A DNA stretch of 64,000 bases, taken from the NCBI GenBank assembly GCA_017460175.1, contig JAFUBO010000006.1, positions 55,383-119,382 of the forward strand, in the 5' to 3' direction. Under the pieces are notes generated by a model. It did not search any database and had not been told where the DNA came from. It worked only from the letters and a program-made list of their open reading frames with translations. The stretch is from Bacilli bacterium. Lineage in GTDB: Bacteria; Bacillota_I; Bacilli_A; RF39; UBA660. This document shows, in pieces, positions 16,735 to 26,874 of the stretch. Both the position numbers and the translations under genes were made by a program. Position 1 is the stretch's first letter. The number at the start of each line of letters is the position of its first letter.

Positions 16735-18093
16735 TTGTTGTCTAATATTAAACTAATTAAAGACGAAAAAGGTTTTGGTTACCAATATACTATAATCGGT
16801 AGTGATAATAAAAAGCGTTATGTTAAAAAAAGTGGATTTAAAACACCAAATGAAGCATATAAAGCTGCAGAAAAATCTTATAATGATAAACTTAATAACG
16901 GATATACTGATAAAAATAATCCCATCAAAATAAAAAAACTTAATCTATCTACATTTGGAATGTATTTATTAAATACAGTAATTACAGGAGGGTTAGTTTT
17001 CACAGTAGTAAGTGGAGGAATAAAATTACAGAGAGAATTAAAAGAAATACTACCAGAAATTACAAAAAGAGACTTTCTTGTAGATGATTATAATAATACT
17101 ATCATAGAAATAACTGAAAAAGATTGTGATTTTTCAAATTTACATATAATAATAAGAACTGCCAAAACAGAAGTTAATGGAGTAGCCGCTGTAACTTGTG
17201 ATCAATTAACTAGACTTGGCGTATCTAATGAAATTATTAATAAAGATAGTGATATTGCCTATAAAATATCTAATGCTATAGCTACACATCCAGATGATGA
17301 TATAGTACTGATAAATTTAGAAACAGAATTAGAAAATGAAGATAGCCAACAAACAATTATTATGGGTGATTCTTCAAATAGAAGAGAATATTCATCCGAT
17401 GTATTAATTTCATGTTTAAATACATCACTAAAACAATACAATGTAGATCCAATAATACGTAGTGGAGAAGCAACAGGAAATGGTTGGAGATTAGATAGTT
17501 ATATAGAGATTGAATTAAATAATGCTGTATTAATTGATAATATATCTCAATTTACTATAGATTTACCTATAACTGTATCAGAAGATGAAATAATTAGAAA
17601 TGATTGTGCCTCAGCTATAGTAGAAGGTATAATGCGTTGGTGTACAATAGATCACAATGATAGATATGAAAATATCTATTATACTGCCAAATATGGTGAG
17701 ACATTACAAAGTATCTCAGCCATTTTTGACACATCAAGTATTATTCTTCAAAATAATAGTGATATTAATATATATAAAGAATTAAATGTAGGAGACACAG
17801 TAACAGTAGGTTTAATACCAGAAGCTGCAGAATATAATGTAAATGTTAATAATCCATATACTACAAGTGATATCAATTCTATAGAACCAATAATATATGA
17901 ATACATAGTAGAAAGTGGAGATACTCTCACATCAATAGCTAATAATTATGGAGTTAAAATAGAAGATATTATGACTGAAAGCGGAGATCCTAATAATATT
18001 AGAATAGGAGAAACCCTATATATTAGTACATATAATTTATATGAAACAGATGAAAAGATAAATTTGCTAGACGTAAAAGAAAAAACAATATAA
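16735..18093 (+). CDS. Fusion protein: integrase arm-binding-like domain, TM helix, degenerate amidase_3-like domain, two LysM domains
   Basis: KRYVKKSGFKTPNEA similar to integrase N-termini; hydrophobic aa ~76-98; YTAKYGETLQSIS and YIVESGDTLTSIANNYGV LysM motifs; TTG start after AGGAGGT. Confidence 0.7.
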   Translation: MLSNIKLIKDEKGFGYQYTIIGSDNKKRYVKKSGFKTPNEAYKAAEKSYNDKLNNGYTDKNNPIKIKKLNLSTFGMYLLNTVITGGLVFTVVSGGIKLQRELKEILPEITKRDFLVDDYNNTIIEITEKDCDFSNLHIIIRTAKTEVNGVAAVTCDQLTRLGVSNEIINKDSDIAYKISNAIATHPDDDIVLINLETELENEDSQQTIIMGDSSNRREYSSDVLISCLNTSLKQYNVDPIIRSGEATGNGWRLDSYIEIELNNAVLIDNISQFTIDLPITVSEDEIIRNDCASAIVEGIMRWCTIDHNDRYENIYYTAKYGETLQSISAIFDTSSIILQNNSDINIYKELNVGDTVTVGLIPEAAEYNVNVNNPYTTSDINSIEPIIYEYIVESGDTLTSIANNYGVKIEDIMTESGDPNNIRIGETLYISTYNLYETDEKINLLDVKEKTI

Positions 18094-18151
18094 AAAAAGA
18101 TATAGATATATATCTTTTTTTTTGTTATAATCTTATCAGTAGGTGAAGTAT

Positions 18152-18745
18152 ATGAGTAAAAAGAAAATTGCATTATTAATAAATACATTAATCTTAATAT
18201 TAGAATTAATTGCTATTGGAGGAAGTCTATTAAAAGATCATTTTATTGCATTAGAGTATTATACTAACGATAGTAATATTATAGCGTTATTTAGTTCATT
18301 ATTATTTATTATTTTTTATAAAAAAGACTTAAAGATAGTAAAAGATTTAAGATTACTTGCTACAAGTTTATTAACAGTAACATTTATAGTAGTAATCACA
18401 ATATTAGTACCAATGTATAACTTTAATTATAAACTTTTAATGTTTACTGACAATTTTCTAATACTTCATACTATATGTCCAATACTTTGTATTATTTCAT
18501 ATGTATTTTTTGAAAAAACAAGTGATAAGATTTATTTATGTCCAATATTAACTATAGTTTATTCAATAATATTAGTACTTATGAATATATTTAAATTAGT
18601 AGATGGACCTTATCCATTCTTAAAAGTAAATACTCAATCAATAATAGTATCATTATTATGGGGAATACTTATAATAGGAGGAAGTTACTTTATTAGTAGT
18701 TTACTTAATTATATAAACAAAAAAATACAAGGAGCTAAAAATTAG
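18152..18745 (+). CDS. Integral membrane protein, Pr6Pr-like
   Basis: YYTNDSN, LHTICPIL, GPYPFL motifs; about 6 TM segments. Confidence 0.6.
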   Translation: MSKKKIALLINTLILILELIAIGGSLLKDHFIALEYYTNDSNIIALFSSLLFIIFYKKDLKIVKDLRLLATSLLTVTFIVVITILVPMYNFNYKLLMFTDNFLILHTICPILCIISYVFFEKTSDKIYLCPILTIVYSIILVLMNIFKLVDGPYPFLKVNTQSIIVSLLWGILIIGGSYFISSLLNYINKKIQGAKN

Positions 18746-18907
18746 CTCCTTAATCTATATACAGAGGATCTTCACATTATACAGTGAACCTTCCTCTATA
18801 ATAATATATGCAATTAAAATAATTTGATACCAAAAAAATAAAAATATGTTAATATTTAAATAGAATAAAAGAGAAATAGTAGAAAAAACTATATATAGGA
18901 GAATAAT

Positions 18908-20006
18908 ATGGATACAAAAGATATAAAAAAAGCATTAGATAATAGTTTAGATAAAATTAATGGTTTATGGAGGGGACTTTGACATCCCTAAAAAGAAAGA
19001 AGAAATAGAAAAATTACAAAAGGAAACAGAAGATAATTCTTTTTGGAACGATAGAGAAAAAGCAGAGTCTACATTAAAAGAATTAAATAGTTTAAAAGAA
19101 TTAGTTAAAAGTGTAGAAGAATTAAAATTAGAAATAGAATCAAATATAGAGGTATTAAAACTATTAGAAATAGAAATTGATAATAATCTATATGAAGAAA
19201 TAGTTAATAGCACTAATGAACTACAAGAAAAAGTAGAAAAATTAAATATATTACTTATGCTAAATGGACCATATGATAAAAATGATTGTATATTAGAAAT
19301 ACATCCTGGGGCTGGAGGAACAGAGTCATGTGATTGGGCTAGTATGCTTTATAGAATGTATTTAAGATGGTGTGAAAAGAAAAAATACAAAGTAGAAATA
19401 TTAGATTATCAAGATGGAGAAGAAGCGGGTATTAAAAGTGTTTCACTTCTAATCAAAGGATTAAACGCTTATGGCTATTTAAAAAATGAAAAAGGAGTTC
19501 ATAGACTAGTAAGACTTTCTCCTTTTGATTCAAATAATAGAAGACATACTTCATTTGCTTCAGTAGAAATAACACCAGAAATAGAACAAGATAATACAAT
19601 AGAAATAGATGAAAAAGATTTAAAAATCGATGTTTATCGTTCAACAGGCGCAGGTGGACAAGGAGTAAATACAACAGATTCTGCAGTAAGAATTACCCAT
19701 TTACCTACTAAAATAGTAGTAACCTGTCAAAATGAAAGAAGTCAAATTCAAAATAAAGAGCAAGCTTTAAAAGTATTGAAAAATAAGCTAATGTTAAGAA
19801 AAATAGAAGAACAAGAAGAAGAATTAAATAAAATAAAAGGAATACAATCTAATATAGATTTTGGATCTCAAATAAGAAGTTACGTAATGCATCCATATTC
19901 TATGGTAAAAGATCATAGAACAAATATAGAAACAAGTAATGTATCCAAAGTATTAGATGGAGATATTGATTTATTTATAGAAAGTAATTTAAAAAAGGGG
20001 TTATAA
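18908..20006 (+). CDS. prfB: Peptide chain release factor 2 with programmed +1 frameshift
   Basis: ATG 18908 reads MDTKDIKKAL...WRGL to CTT-TGA-C at 18977-18983; +1 frame contains SPF and GGQ motifs. Confidence 0.97.
18969..18983 (+). promoter_or_regulatory. prfB frameshift signal
   Basis: Internal SD-like GGAGGGG followed by CTTTGAC. Confidence 0.93.
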
Positions 20007-20007
20007 T

Positions 20008-20877
20008 ATGCATTTGTTTTCTGAAAACAAATATCTTATTTATAAAAACAATTCTCTAGTAAAAAGAGTATTAGAATTTATACTAGGGTGTTTTATTGTG
20101 GCCTTATCATATAATATATTTATTGCACCTAATAATTTAATTCCTGGTGGAGTAGGTGGTATCGCAATAATATTAAATAGATTATTTAATATTGATTATG
20201 CCATAATTATATTTACATTAAATATATTTCTATTATTGATAAGCTTAATAATATTAGGCAAAAACAAAACAAAAGCAACTATATTCGGATCTATACTATT
20301 TCCAATATTTGTAAGAATAACAGAAAATATAAATGTTTGGTTACAAATAGATACATCGAATTTATTATTATCCGCAATAAGTGGTGGAATTATTTATGGA
20401 TTAGGAGCAGGTTTAATATTCAGAGCAGGATTTACTACAGGAGGAACAGATATTATAAATCAAATAATATCCAAATATTTTAAAACAACATTAGGAAAAA
20501 GCATGCTATTAAGTGATGGTTTAATAGTTTTATTATCAGGAGTATTTTTTGGAATAAATCATATGATGTATTCAATATTAATTTTATACATAATAAGTTT
20601 TATTTCAGATAAAATAGTTTTAGGTATATCTGATAGTAAAATGTTTTTGATAGTAACAGATAAAGAAAAAGAAGTAAAAGATTATATTATAAAGAAAATG
20701 GGACATGGAGTAACTGTTTTTAGAGGAAAAGGTGGATATACAAGAGAAAATGAAAATGTATTAATGGCTGTATTACCTACAAAAAATTATTATCTATTAA
20801 GAGATGGTATAAGAAAAATAGATAAAAATGCTTTTTATATAATTACAGATACATATGAAGTATTTGGAGGTGAGTAA
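20008..20877 (+). CDS. YitT family membrane protein
   Basis: PGGVGGIA, TTGGTDI, GVT..GKGGYT, IDKNAF. Confidence 0.9.
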   Translation: MHLFSENKYLIYKNNSLVKRVLEFILGCFIVALSYNIFIAPNNLIPGGVGGIAIILNRLFNIDYAIIIFTLNIFLLLISLIILGKNKTKATIFGSILFPIFVRITENINVWLQIDTSNLLLSAISGGIIYGLGAGLIFRAGFTTGGTDIINQIISKYFKTTLGKSMLLSDGLIVLLSGVFFGINHMMYSILILYIISFISDKIVLGISDSKMFLIVTDKEKEVKDYIIKKMGHGVTVFRGKGGYTRENENVLMAVLPTKNYYLLRDGIRKIDKNAFYIITDTYEVFGGE

Positions 20878-20881
20878 TAAA

Positions 20882-21730
20882 ATGAAGAATATAATTTTTA
20901 AACAAAATAAAATATATAGAATAATATTAATATCAATATCATTAGTAATAAGTGCCCTTGTATATAATTTATTCTTATTACCACTAAGTATAGTAGCCGG
21001 AGGAACTAGTAGTATTGCAACTATTACATACTATTTATATAATATTAATCCAGCTATTATGATGTTTATAATTTCCTCAATATGTTCAATATTAGGATTT
21101 ATGTATTTAGGAGCAGAAAGAACAACCGGTACTATAATAGCTAGTCTATCATATCCACTAGTAGTAGAAATAACAGCAAAAATAGTAGAAAATGTATATA
21201 TAGATACATCAGATACATTATTAATAGTGTTATTTGCAGGAGTTTTAGCAGGTGTAGCAAATGGTTTGATGTATAAAAGTGGTTATAGTAGTGGAGGACT
21301 TCCTACTATATCACAAATACTATATGAAAAATTTAAAATATCAGTAGCTAAAACAAGTTTTGTTATGAACTTTATAATTATCATAATAGGAGCTATTTTC
21401 TTTGGATTTACTAATGCCTTATATGCAGTAATATTCTTATATATTTATAGTATAATTACAGATAAAGTATTATTGGGAATATCTAAAAACAAAGCATTTT
21501 ATATAATCACAGAAAAAGAACAAGAAGTAAAAGAATATATCATAGAAAATTTACGTCATACTGTTACTACATTTGATGTAAAAGGAGGATACCTACAAGA
21601 TAAAAAAAGAGTAATGTTAACAGTAATTCCTACAAGAGAATATTATAGAGTAACAGAAGGAATAAAAAGTATAGATAAAGATGTTTTCTTTGTAGTAACA
21701 GACTCATATCAAGTTAAAGGTGCAAAATAA
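20882..21730 (+). CDS. YitT family membrane protein (tandem paralog)
   Basis: AGGTSSIA, SSGGL, KGGY, IDKDVF; RBS GGAGGTG. Confidence 0.88.
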   Translation: MKNIIFKQNKIYRIILISISLVISALVYNLFLLPLSIVAGGTSSIATITYYLYNINPAIMMFIISSICSILGFMYLGAERTTGTIIASLSYPLVVEITAKIVENVYIDTSDTLLIVLFAGVLAGVANGLMYKSGYSSGGLPTISQILYEKFKISVAKTSFVMNFIIIIIGAIFFGFTNALYAVIFLYIYSIITDKVLLGISKNKAFYIITEKEQEVKEYIIENLRHTVTTFDVKGGYLQDKKRVMLTVIPTREYYRVTEGIKSIDKDVFFVVTDSYQVKGAK

Positions 21731-21811
21731 TGTAAAAAGAGGTATTATACCTCTTTTTTTAGTGTCATAAAGTATGTTATAATATAATAGTTAAGGTGGT
21801 GAATAGAATAG

Positions 21812-22501
21812 ATGGACTTAATTAGAGTTAAAAACGTAGAAAAAAAATATAAAAATGGAGTAACAGCCATCTATGATTTAAACTTAGCAATAGAAAAAGG
21901 ATCATTTGTATTTGTAATTGGTGGATCAGGTAGTGGTAAATCTACATTCATTAAATTACTATACAGAGAAGAAAAACCAACTAAAGGACAAGTCATAGTT
22001 GGAGGACTTGATGTTGCTAAATTAAAGAATAAGAAGGTATATAAATTAAGAAGAAAATTAGGAATTGTATTTCAAGATTATAGATTATTACCAAAACTTA
22101 CAGTATATGAAAACGTAGCTTTTGCATTGGAGTGTATTGGAGAAAAAAAAGATGTAATAAGAATTAAAGTATTAAAGGCCTTAGAAGATGTAGGATTAAA
22201 AAATAAAGTACATGAATATCCTGATAATCTATCAGGTGGAGAACAACAACGTGTAGCGATTGCAAGAGCTATCGTTAATGATCCAAAATTACTTCTATGC
22301 GATGAACCTACTGGAAACTTAGATCCAGAAAAAAGTTTAGAAATTATGAAAGTCTTAGAAAGTATTAATAAATCAAGAGGGACTACTATTATCATGGCAA
22401 CACATGACAAAGAAATAGTAAATAAGATGAAGAAACAAGTTATTACTTTAAAAGATGGACACTTAGTAAAATTTAAACAGAAAGGAACGTATGCAGAATG
22501 A
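21812..22501 (+). CDS. ftsE: Cell division ATP-binding protein FtsE
   Basis: GGSGSGKST, VFQDYRLL, LSGGEQQRVAIARA; precedes ftsX. Confidence 0.95.
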   Translation: MDLIRVKNVEKKYKNGVTAIYDLNLAIEKGSFVFVIGGSGSGKSTFIKLLYREEKPTKGQVIVGGLDVAKLKNKKVYKLRRKLGIVFQDYRLLPKLTVYENVAFALECIGEKKDVIRIKVLKALEDVGLKNKVHEYPDNLSGGEQQRVAIARAIVNDPKLLLCDEPTGNLDPEKSLEIMKVLESINKSRGTTIIMATHDKEIVNKMKKQVITLKDGHLVKFKQKGTYAE

Positions 22502-23397
22502 AGCCATTAAGAATGTTGGGAAGAAGCGTTAGAGACGCTATTAAAAGTGTAATAAGAAATTTTTCTCTATCATTAGCTTCTATTTCATGTATCACAATTA
22601 CTTTAATTATTGTGGCAGTTGCCATAATTGCATCCTTCAATGTACAAAATTTTACTCAAGAAATTGAAAAAGATATGACAATTGTTGTATTTGTAGATAA
22701 TGATGCTAAGGAAGAAGATGTAGAAGTAATAGAAGAAGAAATAAAAGCAATTAAAAATGTAGATAAATATACATATCAAACAAAACAAGAAGTAAAAGCA
22801 AAAATGCAAGAAGAAAGTGAAGTGTTTAAAACAGTATTAGATACATGGGAAGATGATGAATCACCATTAAAAGATACATTTCAAGTTAAAGTAAAAAATG
22901 TAGAAAAGATTAGAAAAACAGCAGAAAAAATAGAAAATATTGATAAAGTATCAACAGTAAGATATGGAGAAGGTATGGTAGACAAGATGGTGTCAGCTTT
23001 CTCATCAGTAGAAAAAGTAACATATGGTATAGTAATTGCTCTAGTAATTGTAACTGTATTCTTAATAATAAACACAATAAAATTAACTATATCAGCAAGA
23101 CGTAGAGAAATAGGAATCATGAGATTAGTAGGAGCAAGTAATATCACAATAAAATTACCATTTATAATAGAAGGTATGATTTTAGGATTATTTGGTTCAA
23201 TAATTCCTGTATTAATCACAACTTATGGATATTTAGCATTCTATAAGCATTTTGATGGATACTTATATTCAAGATTAATACAATTAATATTACCAGAACC
23301 ATTTATATATCAAACATCACTTATTGTAATAGGTATTGGTATTTTAGTAGGTATGATAGGTAGTGCTAGTGCCGTTAGAAGATATTTAAAAATTTAG
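22498..23397 (+). CDS. ftsX: Cell division permease FtsX
   Basis: 4-TM layout; NTIKLTISARRREIGIMRLVGAS. Confidence 0.95.
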   Translation: MKPLRMLGRSVRDAIKSVIRNFSLSLASISCITITLIIVAVAIIASFNVQNFTQEIEKDMTIVVFVDNDAKEEDVEVIEEEIKAIKNVDKYTYQTKQEVKAKMQEESEVFKTVLDTWEDDESPLKDTFQVKVKNVEKIRKTAEKIENIDKVSTVRYGEGMVDKMVSAFSSVEKVTYGIVIALVIVTVFLIINTIKLTISARRREIGIMRLVGASNITIKLPFIIEGMILGLFGSIIPVLITTYGYLAFYKHFDGYLYSRLIQLILPEPFIYQTSLIVIGIGILVGMIGSASAVRRYLKI

Positions 23398-24602
23398 TGA
23401 AGAATCGTTTATTAATAGGTGCTTCAATTATAGTAACACTAGTAGCTTCTGTCGCACTACCAGCAGATACTAGTGCAAAAACAATCCAAGAATTTGAAGC
23501 AGAAGTTTCAAGATATACACAAGAATTAGAAACAAAAAAAGCTAATCTAGCAAAAAATGAAGCAGAAGTACAAGAAATTATTAAGAAAATTAATGAAATA
23601 GAAGGACAAATAGAAGCTGCAGAAACTGAAATAGAAACATTACAAAAAGAAATAGAAGAAAGTGAAGCAGAAATAAAAAGAAAAAGTGAAGAAAGCAAAA
23701 GTATAATTTCTTATTATCAAGTATCAAACGGAGAAAATTCATACTTAGAATATGCTTTTGGAGCAACAGACATTACTGACATGGTTTATAGATTATCAAT
23801 TGTAGAACAATTGACAGAATACAATGATAATATAATGACTGAGTTAGAACAATTAATTAAAAAGAATCAAGAAAAACAAAAAGAATTAGCACAAAAAGAA
23901 GAAGAACTAAAAGGCTTAAAATCAGAATTAAAAACTGAACAAGCAAGAATAGAAGCAGATTCCGCTTCAATAAGAGAAAGTATGCCATCTATTCAAGATC
24001 AAATTAGTTCAGCAAAAGAAAGTGTTAGATATTATAAAAGTCTAGGTTGTGGTGCATCAGAAGATATTCAAAAATGTGAATATCGTGTATCTCAAGCATC
24101 AGGAAGTTCACTCCCTAGTGTAGGGTTCTTCTCAAGACCAATTGATTATGGATATGTAGTACGCGGTATGTGGGGAGGCCACATGGGTTATGACTTAAGC
24201 AGTGGAAATAAAAACATTGCTATTCACCCAATTGCTGCTGGAGTAGTTCATGCCATATATACAGATGCTTGTACTACAAGTTATTGGTGTAGTAGTATGG
24301 GTTATTGGTGTAATGGTAATGCTAAAATAGTAGTTGTAAAACATAACTATAATGGAAGCTATATATATTCATCATATGTTCACTTAAGCAGTTATGGTAA
24401 TGTATGGGTAGGTCAATATGTATCTAAAGACTCAGTAATTGGATATATGGGTACTACAGGATGTTCAACAGGAGAACACTTACACCTAGAAATAGCTAAC
24501 TGTCACTGGAAAAATGGTGGATGTAGTTATAATGCATACACTAATAGATTAATAAATCCAGGTAATTTAATTAATTTCCCTGGAAGCTGGTCAAATAGAT
24601 AA
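23397..24602 (+). CDS. Coiled-coil plus M23 peptidase murein hydrolase (EnvC/PcsB-like)
   Basis: Signal peptide, long coiled coil, HMGYD and STGEHLHLE M23 motifs; coupled to ftsEX. Confidence 0.88.
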   Translation: MKNRLLIGASIIVTLVASVALPADTSAKTIQEFEAEVSRYTQELETKKANLAKNEAEVQEIIKKINEIEGQIEAAETEIETLQKEIEESEAEIKRKSEESKSIISYYQVSNGENSYLEYAFGATDITDMVYRLSIVEQLTEYNDNIMTELEQLIKKNQEKQKELAQKEEELKGLKSELKTEQARIEADSASIRESMPSIQDQISSAKESVRYYKSLGCGASEDIQKCEYRVSQASGSSLPSVGFFSRPIDYGYVVRGMWGGHMGYDLSSGNKNIAIHPIAAGVVHAIYTDACTTSYWCSSMGYWCNGNAKIVVVKHNYNGSYIYSSYVHLSSYGNVWVGQYVSKDSVIGYMGTTGCSTGEHLHLEIANCHWKNGGCSYNAYTNRLINPGNLINFPGSWSNR

Positions 24603-24702
24603 AAGAATAGTTAAACTATTCTTTTTTTTATTTACAATGTAAACCACTAGTAGATTTTAGAAAATTAATACAATAATTATAATTACTATTAGGTGAAATA
24701 AT

Positions 24703-25923
24703 ATGAATAATAAGATAGGTAAATTTATTTTTAAATTAAGAACAGAAAAAGGATTAAGTCAATATCAATTAGCGGAAATGATTCCAATAACTAGACAAGC
24801 AGTATCTAAATGGGAAAGAGGAGAAACAATACCAGATTCATTTACATTATTAAAACTAAGTGAACTATTTGACGTATCAATAAATGAACTATTATATGGA
24901 GAAAGACTATTAGACAATTCAGTAGAAACACTAGAACAATCAACCTTAAGTATTATTGATGACAGTAATAAAAAATCAAAAAAATTAAAACGCAGTTTTA
25001 TAATTTTTACTATTATCATATTAATTCTCTTATTAACCTTCTTATCATATTATTTTATAAATTCATATAATTCAATCAAAGTATATACAATAAGTGGTAG
25101 TAGTAATTCATTTTATACCAAAGATGGAATATTTATTACTACTAAACAAAAAAGTTATATTAAATTAAGTAAATTAAATTATAATGAAGACATAGAAATA
25201 AAAAATATAAAACTATATGTTAAAGATAATAATAAACAAAAAATAATATTAGAAAACAAAGATATAGATAATTTAACTCTTATGACTTCATCTGGATATT
25301 CAGAAAAACTTACTGGATTTAAAACTAATAAAATAGTAAATAATAGTTATCTAGAAATAACATATAATGACAATCAAAAAGAAACTATAAAATTAAAATT
25401 TCATAAAGATTTAGTAAATACAAAAGTATTCTTTAATACAAATGCAAATGAAATAGAAAAAATAGAAGAAGAAACAAAAACAGAAGAATTGGCTAAAGTT
25501 GAAGAACCAACTAAATCTGAAGAACCAACTAAACCTGAAGAACCAACTAAACCTGAAGAACCAACTATAAAAGAAGTGCCTATTAAACCTCAACCAGTAG
25601 AAAAAACAAAAAAAGAAACTAAACCACAAGAAACTATTCAAAAAGAAGAACCAAAAGAAGTAGAAATAACACCAGAATTAATAATAAATAAAATAAAAGA
25701 AAAAGGTGTTTATGCAGACGGAGCGTATGTAACAGTTAAAGAAGCAGATAATAAAAAAATTGAAATATACTATTTTGTAGATTTAAACCAACTTATGATC
25801 TTAAGTAATGAAGATTTTATATATGATTATTTATTTACTGAAAATAAATATCACTGCTATCAAACTGGCATAACAGATTGTAAAGAAAGTATTAATAATT
25901 TTTTGAAAGAAAATTTAATATAG
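24703..25923 (+). CDS. Membrane-anchored XRE-HTH protein
   Basis: LRTEKGLSQYQLAE...RQAVSKWERGETIPD HTH, TM helix, extracellular domain with EEPTKP repeats. Confidence 0.85.
   Translation: MNNKIGKFIFKLRTEKGLSQYQLAEMIPITRQAVSKWERGETIPDSFTLLKLSELFDVSINELLYGERLLDNSVETLEQSTLSIIDDSNKKSKKLKRSFIIFTIIILILLLTFLSYYFINSYNSIKVYTISGSSNSFYTKDGIFITTKQKSYIKLSKLNYNEDIEIKNIKLYVKDNNKQKIILENKDIDNLTLMTSSGYSEKLTGFKTNKIVNNSYLEITYNDNQKETIKLKFHKDLVNTKVFFNTNANEIEKIEEETKTEELAKVEEPTKSEEPTKPEEPTKPEEPTIKEVPIKPQPVEKTKKETKPQETIQKEEPKEVEITPELIINKIKEKGVYADGAYVTVKEADNKKIEIYYFVDLNQLMILSNEDFIYDYLFTENKYHCYQTGITDCKESINNFLKENLI
25501..25567 (+). repeat. 18-bp coding tandem repeat (EEPTKP, ~3.7 copies)
   Basis: GAAGAACCAACTAAA(T/C)CT units. 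Confidence 0.9.
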
Positions 25924-25995
25924 GTAGAAACTTATAAGTTCTACCTATTTTTTATTCTAACTTGTTAGAATAAATAAAAGAAAGGAGGTAAGAAA

Positions 25996-26754
25996 ATGAA
26001 GAAGTTGTTATTAGTGCTATTTACTGGAATTGCAGTTTTTGGAATTACTAAAAATACATATGCTTTAGGTGATGTTTACTACACTACACCAAATGGTATA
26101 GAGTTGAATCGTGAAGAATATGAATTTTTAGTAAATTTTTATGGTGCAGGATATTTAAATATCATGACTCGAGACATGTATGATGAGTTTGTAGAAGAAG
26201 ATTTAATAAATAGTGATGTGGAAATTAAAACTTATGATGTACCACAACTACCTTTATTAAATCCAGGAATATCACCAAACTCTGAGGTAAATCATACAAC
26301 AGCTAAGACATTACAAATTGGAAAAGCTTGTTTACCAACTTACTGTATGATGAGTTTATTAAATACTTGGCATGGAAGTCCAACAATTAGAAGCTGGGAT
26401 AATATTGGTACGTATCTGTATAATGTAAATTTAATAAGTTACACACACGCTTATGTAGATTCAACTGCAGGAACAGAATACTTCAACAATTGGAAAACAG
26501 ATCCTAATGGTCATGGTGTAGGAAACTCAGTTAAATTACCAGATAATGGTAATGACATAATAATCAACATGGGATTCAAAGTTAGTAAAGGCGGAACTGT
26601 ATTTGGAAGTTATCAACATGCAATGCAAAATACAACATTATTAAATAGCAAGAACTATACACTAGATCTTGGTGGATACGGTGGAGTATTTTTATATAAC
26701 GGTAATGCTGTTGGTGTATATGATGGTATGAACGGTGTAGATATTAATGTATAA
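25996..26754 (+). CDS. Secreted hypothetical protein
   Basis: RBS AAGGAGG; signal peptide MKKLLLVLFTGIAVFGITKNTYA. Confidence 0.75.
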   Translation: MKKLLLVLFTGIAVFGITKNTYALGDVYYTTPNGIELNREEYEFLVNFYGAGYLNIMTRDMYDEFVEEDLINSDVEIKTYDVPQLPLLNPGISPNSEVNHTTAKTLQIGKACLPTYCMMSLLNTWHGSPTIRSWDNIGTYLYNVNLISYTHAYVDSTAGTEYFNNWKTDPNGHGVGNSVKLPDNGNDIIINMGFKVSKGGTVFGSYQHAMQNTTLLNSKNYTLDLGGYGGVFLYNGNAVGVYDGMNGVDINV

Positions 26755-26874
26755 AATTAAGTAGACAAATTATTTTTAACCAAACGCAAAAATGCAATAG
26801 ATATTCTATTGCATTTTTTTATGTTTATTATATAAAAAATGTGTTAAAATAAAGAACAGAAAGGAGATGGTTAC

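Noticed and set aside
18960-20006. prfB starting at 18960, or a prfB pseudogene
   Set aside because: Explained by the canonical programmed +1 frameshift from ATG 18908
25501-25567. Possible CRISPR-like repeat
   Set aside because: In-frame tandem coding repeat with no spacers; no cas genes in the window
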